NCBI GenBank assembly: GCA_020052515.1 | Contig: JAGVOW010000061.1 | Coordinates: forward strand, 8,685 to 72,684 | DNA: 64,000 nt | Direction: 5' to 3' | Origin: Brevinematales bacterium | Lineage (GTDB): Bacteria > Spirochaetota > Brevinematia > Brevinematales > JAOACQ01 | Position numbers and translations under genes: made by a program | The notes under the pieces: model-generated | Database searches by the model: none | Told to the model about the DNA's origin: nothing | Seen by the model: only the letters and a program-made list of their open reading frames with translations | Shown here: in pieces, positions 29,446 to 38,731 of the stretch | How positions within the stretch are numbered: the stretch's first letter is position 1 | How the letters are laid out: the number at the start of each line of letters is the position of its first letter

Positions 29446-30429
29446 CTACTTGAGGCTCAATCCTTGCAATTTTTGGTGCCAATTCCATGCCGTTCTGATG
29501 ATTTCTTCCAGGGAATACTTCGGCTTCCAGCCCAGTGTTTTTGAAACTTTATCACTTTTCGCTATGAGATAAGGCGGATCTCCGGCCCTTCTTTCGGTTT
29601 CAATGACTTTAAAATCCTTCCCAGTAACTTTCTTCACTACCTGGATCATTTCCCTCACCGAAAAGCCATCCCCTATTCCCAGATTAAAGTAATTTGTCGC
29701 TCCGCCATCCAGCAGGTACTTTAATCCCAGAATATGAGCTTCCGCAAGGTCAAAAACATGGACATAATCCCTTACAGCCGTTCCGTCTTTTGTCTCATAA
29801 TCCGTGCCAAAAACCTTGATGCTTTCTCTTTTTCCAGCGGCCGCGTCCAGAATCAGCGGAATCAAATGCGTTTCAGGTACATGCGCCTCCCCTATCTCTT
29901 TATCAGGGTCCGCTCCAGCCGCATTGAAGTAGCGGAAGCGTATGGTTTTTAATCCGTAAGCCGCGGAATAATCCTCCAATATTTGTTCGATCATCCATTT
30001 GGTCCGTCCGTAAGGATTGATCTGAATCTTTCTATCGTCTTCCTCGATCGGCATTTTCTCCGGCATTCCATAAACAGCCGCTGTTGAGGAAAAAATAAAT
30101 TTATTAACATTGTGCCTGCGCATTGCTTCCAGAAGGTAAATAGTATTACGCAAATTGTTCTGGTAATACTTTTCCGGTTCAATCACCGACTCGCCTACTT
30201 CAATAAAAGCGCAGAAATGCATAGCCGCTTCGATCTTATACTTCGAAAAGACCAGTTCCAATTGGACTGGATCACCGACATCCCCGGGAATAAAATCGCC
30301 CCACCTCGCAAAATCACGGTAACCCCGGCAGAGATTATCGTAAACGATGAGCTGAAAGCCCTGCTGAGAAAGTTTTTTGCACACATGACTGCCGATATAG
30401 CCTGCACCGCCCGCCACTAGAATCGCCAT
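29446..30429 (-). CDS. galE: UDP-glucose 4-epimerase
   Basis: GGAGYIGSH, VGESV..PEKYY, FSSTAAVYG, PYGRTK, RYFNAAGA, VRDYVHV. Confidence 0.96.
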   Translation of the reverse strand: MAILVAGGAGYIGSHVCKKLSQQGFQLIVYDNLCRGYRDFARWGDFIPGDVGDPVQLELVFSKYKIEAAMHFCAFIEVGESVIEPEKYYQNNLRNTIYLLEAMRRHNVNKFIFSSTAAVYGMPEKMPIEEDDRKIQINPYGRTKWMIEQILEDYSAAYGLKTIRFRYFNAAGADPDKEIGEAHVPETHLIPLILDAAAGKRESIKVFGTDYETKDGTAVRDYVHVFDLAEAHILGLKYLLDGGATNYFNLGIGDGFSVREMIQVVKKVTGKDFKVIETERRAGDPPYLIAKSDKVSKTLGWKPKYSLEEIIRTAWNWHQKLQGLSLK

Positions 30430-30435
30430 AATATC

Positions 30436-30511
30436 CTCCTATGAGAAAAAAAATCGCTTACGATTTTTTTTCGGCAAATTCAAAACCTCTTAAATAGCAT
30501 AATAATCCAAT
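30436..30511 (-). promoter_or_regulatory. Repeated hairpin+SD leader element (family F), copy 1
   Basis: CTCCTATGAGAAAAAAAATCG-CTTA-CGATTTTTTTTCGGC..ATAATAATCCAAT; colinear with 58859-58928. Confidence 0.65.
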
Positions 30512-30523
30512 GTCTCTCTATCA

Positions 30524-30552
30524 CGAGAAAAATTGCTTAGCAATTTTTTCGG
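30524..30552. repeat. Family F hairpin, partial copy
   Basis: CGAGAAAAATTGC-TTA-GCAATTTTTTCGG. Confidence 0.6.
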
Positions 30553-30663
30553 TTATATAATAACCTATTTTTTCAGCAATTGCAACGAGAAAATCTTTAA
30601 GAAAAGCTTTTGCTATTGCTAATTTATTAAAACTGACTATAATATTTACGGGATAGGCAAATA

Positions 30664-31971
30664 ATGGGTCATTTTAAGAACGTCTTCTGCTTTGCTTTTG
30701 TAGCTGTCTCTGTCTTTTGTTTAACCAGATTATATGCTATTGTCATTGACGGCACAAATGATTTTACGGATGATGGCCGGATTCTCACTACCACAGCCGG
30801 TTATACCAACTGGATCCATTGGGACAGCAATGTGCTTTACATTGGTTATTACGGCGAAGATGTGGACGCTAACATAGACACAACGATGCTCCTGGTCTAT
30901 TTATCCACAAATGTCGACAGCGGAAGTGCTTATGGGGAAATTTTCGATAGCCAGCGGCCGGTACTGCCATTCAAAGCAGACACTGTTTTTCAATACATTA
31001 CTACCAACGGATGGAGAAGCGCCAGCTGGGACGGAACAGCCTGGAATTGGGACAATGCCCTGGGTGTTACATCCAATGATCTAAAGGCAATTGGAAACTT
31101 TTTAGAGTTTTCCATAGCTAAATCTAACTTAAATGACACTCCCTACCTTGCTATCTACCTTCAATTTGTTAATAGCGCAGCGAGTTATGGCGCGATACCA
31201 TCTGGCACATTAGCAGATGGTTTTAAGAGCAATCCTTCAAATTTTATTTCTTTCGGCACAGATATTTGGCTGACAAACGCAGTTTCTTCATCCAATATTT
31301 ACCGGACAAACGACAATGTCTTTGTTTTATCGAATAACTTACTCGCTCCTGCAAATTATCAAACCAATGTCTGGGGAGAAAATATCGTCCTTTCCAATTA
31401 CGCCGCAGACGACATCGGCATATTCAAAATAGAATTTTGCACCAATTCCGGTATTTATTCTACTACTTACACAAGCAACACAAACACCCCTTATACTTCG
31501 ATTCTGGACACCTCACTTCTAAATTCCGGGACTTACCAGATTTATTCGATAGCCTATGATACAAGAAACAGCCTTTATTCCACCAGTAATATTCTGGAAA
31601 TATTGTCCGCTCCTGATTTGAGTATCACAAAGACCGTAGACAGTATTGAGCTTCTTTCTACTAATTTTTGCTGGCCGGGGTCTTTAGTCACTTACAAAAT
31701 CACTTACTCCAACCTCGGAACGGGATACGCGACCAATGTGGTTATTTTTGAAAGAATTCCAGGACAGGCCGCTTATTACACAAATTATCCGGGAAGCGGC
31801 ACAACGGATTGGCAGACAGAATTTGCACACATTCCCAACCCTGACCAGACCTATGATTCAGCGGATTACGATAGCGCTATTTCCAATATCAAATGGGTCA
31901 GATGGAAAAAGGCCAGCCTCGCGGCCGATGAAGATAATAAAACGATATTTTTAGGAGTTACCATTGATTAA
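30664..31971 (+). CDS. Secreted protein: DOMON/CBM9-like N-domain, Ig-like domain, C-terminal DUF11 domain
   Basis: Signal peptide; IDGTNDF..WDSNVLYIG..LEFSIA; DLSITKT..PGSLVTYKITYSNLG..ATNVVI.E.IP. Confidence 0.7.
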   Translation: MGHFKNVFCFAFVAVSVFCLTRLYAIVIDGTNDFTDDGRILTTTAGYTNWIHWDSNVLYIGYYGEDVDANIDTTMLLVYLSTNVDSGSAYGEIFDSQRPVLPFKADTVFQYITTNGWRSASWDGTAWNWDNALGVTSNDLKAIGNFLEFSIAKSNLNDTPYLAIYLQFVNSAASYGAIPSGTLADGFKSNPSNFISFGTDIWLTNAVSSSNIYRTNDNVFVLSNNLLAPANYQTNVWGENIVLSNYAADDIGIFKIEFCTNSGIYSTTYTSNTNTPYTSILDTSLLNSGTYQIYSIAYDTRNSLYSTSNILEILSAPDLSITKTVDSIELLSTNFCWPGSLVTYKITYSNLGTGYATNVVIFERIPGQAAYYTNYPGSGTTDWQTEFAHIPNPDQTYDSADYDSAISNIKWVRWKKASLAADEDNKTIFLGVTID

Positions 31972-32025
31972 TGATAAATATTATGTTGCGGTATTACCGA
32001 TAAAATAATAAAATAACGACAGCAC

Positions 32026-32063
32026 AACCCCCTATTCCCCCTTTTTTAAGGGGGAATAGGGTT
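32026..32063. repeat. Family C-related hairpin
   Basis: CCCTATTCCCCCTT-TT-AAGGGGGAATAGGG-type inverted repeat. Confidence 0.7.
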
Positions 32064-32081
32064 ATATTGAGGAAGAGGGCT

Positions 32082-33548
32082 ATGAATAAAATTTTGTTAT
32101 TGATTCTATTACTGTTTTTTAGTGCTCGCACTTTGTTTTCAAATATCAAAATCCAAAATGTAATTTCGGATCTAAAGGATTACAATCACTTAATGGACGA
32201 CAAAGCTGACACTTTCGCCGCCGCAAAAAAGGGCACAAACACCGTCATTATTCAGCTGGGAAGCATTAAATACATAAAGAATTTGAAAATCTATTTGAAA
32301 GAAAAAACGTTGATCAAAAATATTTCACTTTATTCTTCCGATAATTTCATCGAATGGAGTAATATATTAGAGAGAAAGAATGTAAAAGAAAACATACTGA
32401 CTTTTGAACTGACAGACCTTTCTGCTCTTTTTATAAAAATAGTTATCCAGGCAGATTCAGAACTTCTTATTCAAGAAATTGAATGCAGTGAAAACCCCGC
32501 TCCGAAAAATTCCCTATTCAACATTAAAGCAGAAAATATTACTGAAAATTCCGCGCTGGTAAAGTGGGAAACAAAAATCAAGACCGAAGGCTTTTTCGTT
32601 TATTCTAAAAAAGTGAAGGGGACGAAAATGACTTTGCTGGAAATGGACTACAAAAACAAGCATTCTGTTCAATTGAAGGGCCTTTTAAAAGGCACAGAAT
32701 ACACATACAACATTATCAGTCAATCCCCGGATGGCACAAAAATAGAAAGCGAGTTGAAAGAATTCAGGACAAAGGGAATTCCCTTTCCGGATATATGGGA
32801 ACTGAAGGCGGTGAGCATCACTCCCTTCGCGGCAAAGATGGCCTACCGGTCCAATATTCCCACAAAGTACCAGGTGCTTCTCGGCCAGAATAAAAAGAAA
32901 ATGGATAAAATTATAGATGAAAAGCAAATGGCTGAGGAAAAGACGTTTGATGTTCTGGGGCTCCAGCCGGAAACCGTTTATTTTTATCAATTAATCTTAA
33001 CCGACCAATTTGGAAATGTCGCGATGACACCGCCGCTTGAATTTAAAACACCGCCTAATAATATCGCTTTGGGGAAAAAAGTAGTTGGAACATTTAATTT
33101 TGTAGATGAAGACATTAAAAGAAGAGGCTTTGGAGAAAGTACCATTGAGAAAGTAGTGGATGGAAATTTAAATTATTTCGGCGGAATGGCGCTTTCTTAC
33201 AATGCTGACAATGCGGATCAATACATTATTATTGATCTCGAGAAGCCAGAACCCATTCAGAGAATAGAATTATATTGGTGGGGGTTATCCTACTCTAGAG
33301 ATTATAAAATTGACTTAAGCGATAATGGCATGGATTGGTTTACCGTAAAAGACCACATAGACGCTGAACAGGGTTTTGACATTGGTTCTCCGGGAGGGGA
33401 TTATCTGGTAGAGCATTCCGTCCAGATCAAAAAGACCGCCAGATTGGTCAGAGTTTTTATAAAAGCAGGAAATACCCGGGGATCAAAAGTAAAGAAGTGG
33501 AATCCGCGCCAAAATCTTTATTTATGCGAGATTGCGGTAATTAAATAG
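32082..33548 (+). CDS. Secreted discoidin (F5/8 type C) + fibronectin type III protein
   Basis: Signal peptide; ITENSALVKW..GLLKGTEYTY and GLQPETVYFY FN3 repeats; NIALGKKV..DG..QYIIIDL..YKIDLSDNG.DW..EIAV. Confidence 0.8.
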   Translation: MNKILLLILLLFFSARTLFSNIKIQNVISDLKDYNHLMDDKADTFAAAKKGTNTVIIQLGSIKYIKNLKIYLKEKTLIKNISLYSSDNFIEWSNILERKNVKENILTFELTDLSALFIKIVIQADSELLIQEIECSENPAPKNSLFNIKAENITENSALVKWETKIKTEGFFVYSKKVKGTKMTLLEMDYKNKHSVQLKGLLKGTEYTYNIISQSPDGTKIESELKEFRTKGIPFPDIWELKAVSITPFAAKMAYRSNIPTKYQVLLGQNKKKMDKIIDEKQMAEEKTFDVLGLQPETVYFYQLILTDQFGNVAMTPPLEFKTPPNNIALGKKVVGTFNFVDEDIKRRGFGESTIEKVVDGNLNYFGGMALSYNADNADQYIIIDLEKPEPIQRIELYWWGLSYSRDYKIDLSDNGMDWFTVKDHIDAEQGFDIGSPGGDYLVEHSVQIKKTARLVRVFIKAGNTRGSKVKKWNPRQNLYLCEIAVIK

Positions 33549-33562
33549 ACAGGAGGCTGATT

Positions 33563-34654
33563 ATGAAGAAGGCAATGCTTTTAAGTCTAATAGTTTGCGT
33601 AACAACTGTTTTTATTCTCGGTATTTTTGTTTTTGCTCCATGGGGGGAAAGGCATTTAGGGGCAGTCACCAGCGCCGGGGTGATTCTTACCAACATTGTC
33701 CAGGTAAATTGGAATAGCGGATCTATTGGGTTGTCAACCAACGCGACAAACGTTTCCGCCGCTGTAGGGACAAACTACGGTATGACCTGGATCGGAATGA
33801 CTAACCAGGAAGTGGTTTCCGGTTACAATACATCAAATGAGACCTATCTCACCAATGACGGCAACGCCACCGCTGATTTTATCCTTAGCTTTAACAGCAA
33901 TGTCTCGGCTAATGCCAGTTCGACCGTATGGGCAATCGCTTTTACGAACGTAACTTCCGGCGGCGCCTCTAGCGATACTCTCAGAGTGACACTTTCTCCA
34001 GCGGGCGGAGTAAATGTTCGGTTATTGGTAAATGTGCCCGGTAATGAAACAAACGGGGCCTTTGTTCTGTTTCAATGTCTGGCATCGAATTCAAACGCTT
34101 CCGCTGAAATAGGCGCGAACGCCACAAATTATGTAGGCTTCAATGGAACAGCTTACGGAGGGAATATGGGTAAGTATGGCGCAGGGGCGGGAAATGCCTT
34201 TCTGACAAACGCCGACGCGGATTTTACAAACTGGGCCGTCACCGTAGTGTTCGCCGATATTCAGCTTTCAAAGACCGCAGAAATCAGCAACGCGGATCCT
34301 TTTGCCGCTAATACTACCGACCCCTTCCCGGGCGCTTTGATCACTTACAAGCTGCAGTTTACCAACCGGGGTAACGCCGATGGTTCGTCTGTAAAAATCA
34401 TAGACTCTATTCCCACGAATTATCTCACCTATACACTTGGTTCTATTAAGAAGGGTCCCTATGGAAGTGCTTTTTCTACCTACGGCTCCCTTAGCGGCCT
34501 TTCTGATACTGAAGGAGACGATGACGGTTCATCCAATTCAGCCGCCGCGGACCAGTTGGTGTTTTGCCCGACCAATGGAACAGCTCCGGCAACCGGCGGT
34601 GTAGTAAACAAAGCGGACGGCGGCACATATTTTTACCGGACTTATTTGAAATAA
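33563..34654 (+). CDS. Secreted DUF11-domain protein
   Basis: N-terminal hydrophobic leader; TSAG.ILTN motif; IQLSKT..PFPGALITYKLQFTNRG..V.IIDSIP. Confidence 0.75.
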   Translation: MKKAMLLSLIVCVTTVFILGIFVFAPWGERHLGAVTSAGVILTNIVQVNWNSGSIGLSTNATNVSAAVGTNYGMTWIGMTNQEVVSGYNTSNETYLTNDGNATADFILSFNSNVSANASSTVWAIAFTNVTSGGASSDTLRVTLSPAGGVNVRLLVNVPGNETNGAFVLFQCLASNSNASAEIGANATNYVGFNGTAYGGNMGKYGAGAGNAFLTNADADFTNWAVTVVFADIQLSKTAEISNADPFAANTTDPFPGALITYKLQFTNRGNADGSSVKIIDSIPTNYLTYTLGSIKKGPYGSAFSTYGSLSGLSDTEGDDDGSSNSAAADQLVFCPTNGTAPATGGVVNKADGGTYFYRTYLK

Positions 34655-34663
34655 TTTGGTAAC

Positions 34664-34761
34664 CCGCCTCACCCCCCGGCCCCCTCTCCAAGTCTGGAGA
34701 GGGGGTGAAGAAAGACTCCCCCTTTTCCGCGAGTGGGGAAGGGGGATGGGGGGTGAGGCGG
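34664..34761. repeat. Family B palindromic element
   Basis: CCGCCTCACCCCCC...GGGGGGTGAGGCGG with two internal hairpins. Confidence 0.85.
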
Positions 34762-34778
34762 CTGGGCGGTAAAATACT

Positions 34779-35789
34779 ATGAAATTTATTTTGATTTTGT
34801 CTTTCATATTTATACAATTGAATCTTCATGCGTCTGTCCAGCTGATTGGAATGGATGGCTGGATTGCCGAAGTAGAAATAAATAAAACGGCTTTTAAAAA
34901 AAAACCTATTCTTTTTTTAACTTATAATGATAAAATCACAAACATTGAGTTTTTTCTGGAAGATACAAACCATTATCAGGTGAAATTAAATCTGCCGGAC
35001 GGTTATTACGATTATCTGATCAAAGACAGCGAAAAAAACATCCTGGAAAAGGGAAAATTAGATTTAATCCCCCCTTTTACCATAAATATTAAAGAAATTG
35101 CCTCAGATCACATTGGGGTAACCGCACAAGCCAAGAGTTTAGAATTCATAGATGCCTATTTGTACCTCAGCAATGAGATGTTAACCAATCAGAAAGTTCT
35201 TTTCACTCAGCAAAAGAACGCTTTTGATTTCTTTCATCTGGCGTCCGGCACTTTGTATACCCTGGAATGTAAAGCAAAAAATTATCTTGAAAGAAAAGAA
35301 TTTAAGACCCTATTAAAAAATATTGCCTTGAACAAGCCGGTAACCGGAACATTTACAAAATTGCCGGAGAGTAAATTTGTTGATGATTCATCTCCGGTCA
35401 TTAGCAGAATCAACGACGGAAAGATAAACTGGCTATCCGGCATGGCCGCCAGCGGCGAAGTGAACGCGAACGAGCAATATGTTTTCATTAATCTATTAAA
35501 ACAGTCCAATTTGAAAGAAGTCAAAGTCTATTGGCATGCCTATTATAACCCATTAAAATATTCTTTCTACTTCAGCCTGGATGGGACAAATTGGAACACA
35601 ATTGAGAGAAGCACCAACCAATGGATGAAAAAAATCGCCCCCGATAATACACCAGTCATAGTGGACCATTTAGAGACCAATATGAGCGCTCAATATATAG
35701 GCATTATTATTAAAAAAGGAGAAAAAATAAAAAACTCTCTTTCTCTCAAAAATTATCTGGAGTTATTGGAGATAGAAGCCTATGAGTAG
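34779..35789 (+). CDS. Secreted FN3-discoidin protein (paralogue of the 32082 C-terminus)
   Basis: EFKT..NIALNKPVTGTF, NDG.INW.SGMA, EQYVFINL, FSLDGTNW, EIEAY. Confidence 0.75.
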   Translation: MKFILILSFIFIQLNLHASVQLIGMDGWIAEVEINKTAFKKKPILFLTYNDKITNIEFFLEDTNHYQVKLNLPDGYYDYLIKDSEKNILEKGKLDLIPPFTINIKEIASDHIGVTAQAKSLEFIDAYLYLSNEMLTNQKVLFTQQKNAFDFFHLASGTLYTLECKAKNYLERKEFKTLLKNIALNKPVTGTFTKLPESKFVDDSSPVISRINDGKINWLSGMAASGEVNANEQYVFINLLKQSNLKEVKVYWHAYYNPLKYSFYFSLDGTNWNTIERSTNQWMKKIAPDNTPVIVDHLETNMSAQYIGIIIKKGEKIKNSLSLKNYLELLEIEAYE

Positions 35790-37011
35790 ATGGCTATTCC
35801 TATTCACTTTTATCATTCCTTTGAGCTTGAACGCGCTGCCCAGTAAAGGCGCTTCTGTCTTCACAAACACGATGGGGTTAAACCTCAATGGCTTTTTTAT
35901 GGGCCAGACCAATTTGTCGCTGACAGTCGGAACTTTTTATGGCCTAAGCCCTCTTGTTTCCTCCAGCAGTGTTTATGGGGCATATCCAAATTTTGAACTG
36001 AAAATTCCTATGAGCATTACCAATAATGCCAATGACGCAGACAGCAATGTCCAGATTCTTGTCGAATTTTTAAGTAATAACGCCGGGTATTCGGGCAGCA
36101 ACTGGAATTACTCTCTGGAAGTAAGCTCCGTAACTCAGGGGACAAACTATTCCATTCCAACCGCCAGCTTTGGAGAAGGCGCGATTTTTAATTTCAACCT
36201 GGTGGTCTATATCCCTTTAGTCTGCCTGGAAAGTTCTAGCGGATTTTTACGGGTAACTGCCTTTACTGCCAGCAATTCCAATCACATTGCCGCACAATAC
36301 ACTGGTTACAATGGCCTCCCCTACGGAGGGAATGCTTCCTCATCAAAAGTCGTTCAAATCAGCATATCCCTTCCAAATCAGATCGTCAATCTTTACGCTG
36401 AGGATGATATTGATAGGATCAATTTGTTTAACGGCCTATCTGGATTACGCCGCTCGCAAAACTCTTTCTTTGTAGAATTCGTCAATAGCCCAATTGACTT
36501 AAACAGCGTTCGTTTATGGTACGCTTTAGACAGCATTGCTGACGGAAACATTGGGCCAAACACCGCTGACAACTTTATCTCTATGAAAAGCATTACGCCA
36601 AAAAAATACAGCGGTTTGATTCAAGAAGAAATGCTGAAACAGGGCAAAATTTTGTCTTTTATCTTCGAAATAGACGGAATTGCTTATCTCACAAACTGGA
36701 CCTACAAACTCCTGGATTTAGGGGCTCAGGATAAATACCAGTCCGTTTTAATGCATAATATTATCAGTTACAAAACAGTTGATAATATTTTGATAAAGCT
36801 TCCCGGCATTTTAGTCGGCAAGGAAGGGAAAGTCAATATTTACTCTATCAGCGGCGATCTAGTAAAGGTTTTGCTCAGTGGAAAAGCAGACGCTCAAATA
36901 ATAAAATGGGATGGCAAAGATAAGGCCGGAACGTGGGTATCAAAAGGGATGTATTTTATTGTCATCGATTTTGCCGACGTAAAAGAGGTGAGAAAGACCT
37001 ATGTGAAGTGA
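35782..37011 (+). CDS. Secreted protein with C-terminal FlgD-Ig / T9SS-CTD-like domain
   Basis: Signal peptide; N-domain paralogous to 33563 (YxGxNGxxYGG); C-terminus VNIYSISGDLVKVL..IKWDGKD..G..VSKGMYFIVI..KEVRKTYVK. Confidence 0.75.
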   Translation: MSRWLFLFTFIIPLSLNALPSKGASVFTNTMGLNLNGFFMGQTNLSLTVGTFYGLSPLVSSSSVYGAYPNFELKIPMSITNNANDADSNVQILVEFLSNNAGYSGSNWNYSLEVSSVTQGTNYSIPTASFGEGAIFNFNLVVYIPLVCLESSSGFLRVTAFTASNSNHIAAQYTGYNGLPYGGNASSSKVVQISISLPNQIVNLYAEDDIDRINLFNGLSGLRRSQNSFFVEFVNSPIDLNSVRLWYALDSIADGNIGPNTADNFISMKSITPKKYSGLIQEEMLKQGKILSFIFEIDGIAYLTNWTYKLLDLGAQDKYQSVLMHNIISYKTVDNILIKLPGILVGKEGKVNIYSISGDLVKVLLSGKADAQIIKWDGKDKAGTWVSKGMYFIVIDFADVKEVRKTYVK

Positions 37012-37016
37012 TTAGC

Positions 37017-37125
37017 GCCTCACCCCCTCCGACTCGGACGAAGAACAACCCCAGGGAACGTTTCCCCGATATCGGGGAAAGAATAATTCATGTGGATAAG
37101 AAGATCATCCAGATGGATGATTCTT
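37017..37125. repeat. Stacked hairpins: family B left arm, TTTCCCCGATATCGGGGAAA, ATCATCCA-GA-TGGATGAT
   Basis: 20-bp perfect palindrome at 37061-37080 and an 8-bp stem near 37104-37121. Confidence 0.6.
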
Positions 37126-37143
37126 CCAGCGAGAATAGAAATT

Positions 37144-38661
37144 ATGAGTAATAATATAAAATTCACTTTTCTGTCCATGATTCTGCTTTTTTCTGTCAAA
37201 TTTCCCCTTTGGGCGGACATTACTTCCGGGTCGGATTTTCAGAAAATCCCAAAAAGCGCCCGCGCGATAGCGTTAGGGGAAAGTTACACCGCCGCCATGG
37301 ACGACATGGCCGCCATGGATTACAATCCAGCCGCTTTAAACACAATGAAAAAAATAGGATTTTCGGCAATGTACCAGAGCTGGATTGACAATAGCTATAG
37401 CGTCTATGGAGCGGCCGGTTATCGACTAGGCTATCTGGTACTGGGCGGCAGTTTTTTCTATCTGAACTATGGCGGAATAAAAGAATACGACTATTTTGGG
37501 AATTTTGTTGATAGCTATGATCCCTACGATATGAATGTAAAAGCGGCGTTATCCATGGACGGTGGAATTATTACTCCTTTTTTAAAAGGATTTTCCGTAG
37601 GAGCTTGCTTTTCCGGCATTTACCGAAAACTGATCACGGAGACGCTCTGGGGTTTTTCAATGGATACTGGATTGCATTATAAATCCACATTGTCCCAATT
37701 GTTTCAGATTCAGAACGAAAATTTTAACGAAACCTTTGGAGTTATGCCGATTAACGCTGGCTTTTCGATTCAAAACATCGGTTTTTTAGGGGAATTTTTA
37801 GCGCCTCTCAAATTCAATCTGGGCATTTGTCTGGGCCTATTTCCCGATTTTTACTTTTCTTTTGATCTCTCAAAAGATTATAACGCTACGCCTTTGCTTT
37901 ATAAATTGGGCCTGGAATATATTATCGCTGAAATATTGGCTTTAAGGTGCGGTTTTGCCATAGGCAAAGATAATGGAAATTTTTCTTTTGGAATCGGGCT
38001 TAAGTACCCGTTTTTGCTCAACAATCTCCGTTTTGATTATGCCTATTCACCGCTTGGAGTCATGGGCAATAATCACAGTTTTTCCTTATATGGGGAATTC
38101 CTGTTTGAAGAAAGTTCGGATGATTATTATCAAAAAGGGCTTTATTATTACAATAAAAAGGACTACTTAAAAGCGAGGGAATTCTGGCAGAAAGCCCTGG
38201 AATTAAACCCTAACGAAGAACCACTGATCAAAAAGCTGCAGAGAGTAAATGAGGTGATTCTTTTTTACGGGCTAGAGCCAGAAGTGCCCACGAAAAATCG
38301 TCATACTATTACGAATGAAAATTCTATACAATCCGGTGTTTTTATCAGCAATCAAATGGCCCACTTCGTTTTCATAACAGAAGGAGATGAGGTAAAAAAT
38401 GTTTCTGTAACCGGGGATTTTAATGATTGGGATTATCTTTCTTCTCCCTTGAAAGCGGAAGAAACCAACCAGTTGCCCTATAAAATCTGGAAATTAAGCC
38501 TCAAGCTAAAGGCTGGGGTTTATCAATACAAATTTGTTCTGGATGGGACAAATGCCGTCGATGACAGCAATAACCCTCTTTTTACTTCCGACGGAAAAGG
38601 CGGAAAAAACTCTATCTTAAATGTAACTTCCTTTGATACAAACGAAAACATTTCAAAGTAA
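37144..38661 (+). CDS. PorV/PorQ (UPF0164, FadL-like) outer-membrane barrel fused to TPR and CBM48-like glycogen-binding domain
   Basis: SARAIALGE.YTA..DD..A..YNPAAL; GLEY..LALR.G..FSFGIG..RFDYAY..G..H.FS; TPR YYQKGL..WQKALELNP; VSVTGDFNDW..W..L..GVYQYKFVLDG..D..NP..DG.GG.NS. Confidence 0.85.
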   Translation: MSNNIKFTFLSMILLFSVKFPLWADITSGSDFQKIPKSARAIALGESYTAAMDDMAAMDYNPAALNTMKKIGFSAMYQSWIDNSYSVYGAAGYRLGYLVLGGSFFYLNYGGIKEYDYFGNFVDSYDPYDMNVKAALSMDGGIITPFLKGFSVGACFSGIYRKLITETLWGFSMDTGLHYKSTLSQLFQIQNENFNETFGVMPINAGFSIQNIGFLGEFLAPLKFNLGICLGLFPDFYFSFDLSKDYNATPLLYKLGLEYIIAEILALRCGFAIGKDNGNFSFGIGLKYPFLLNNLRFDYAYSPLGVMGNNHSFSLYGEFLFEESSDDYYQKGLYYYNKKDYLKAREFWQKALELNPNEEPLIKKLQRVNEVILFYGLEPEVPTKNRHTITNENSIQSGVFISNQMAHFVFITEGDEVKNVSVTGDFNDWDYLSSPLKAEETNQLPYKIWKLSLKLKAGVYQYKFVLDGTNAVDDSNNPLFTSDGKGGKNSILNVTSFDTNENISK

Positions 38662-38676
38662 TGATTGATCCTCAAG

Positions 38677-38710
38677 CAAATAGGCGCGGTTAATTAACCG
38701 CGCCTATTTG
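38677..38710. repeat. Family D perfect palindrome
   Basis: CAAATAGGCGCGGTTAATTAACCGCGCCTATTTG (34 bp). Confidence 0.9.
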
Positions 38711-38731
38711 TCGCGTCTATGTGTCTATGAC

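Noticed and set aside
29100-29453. Plus-strand 117-aa ORF
   Set aside because: Antisense shadow of the AT-rich fragment with no recognisable motif.
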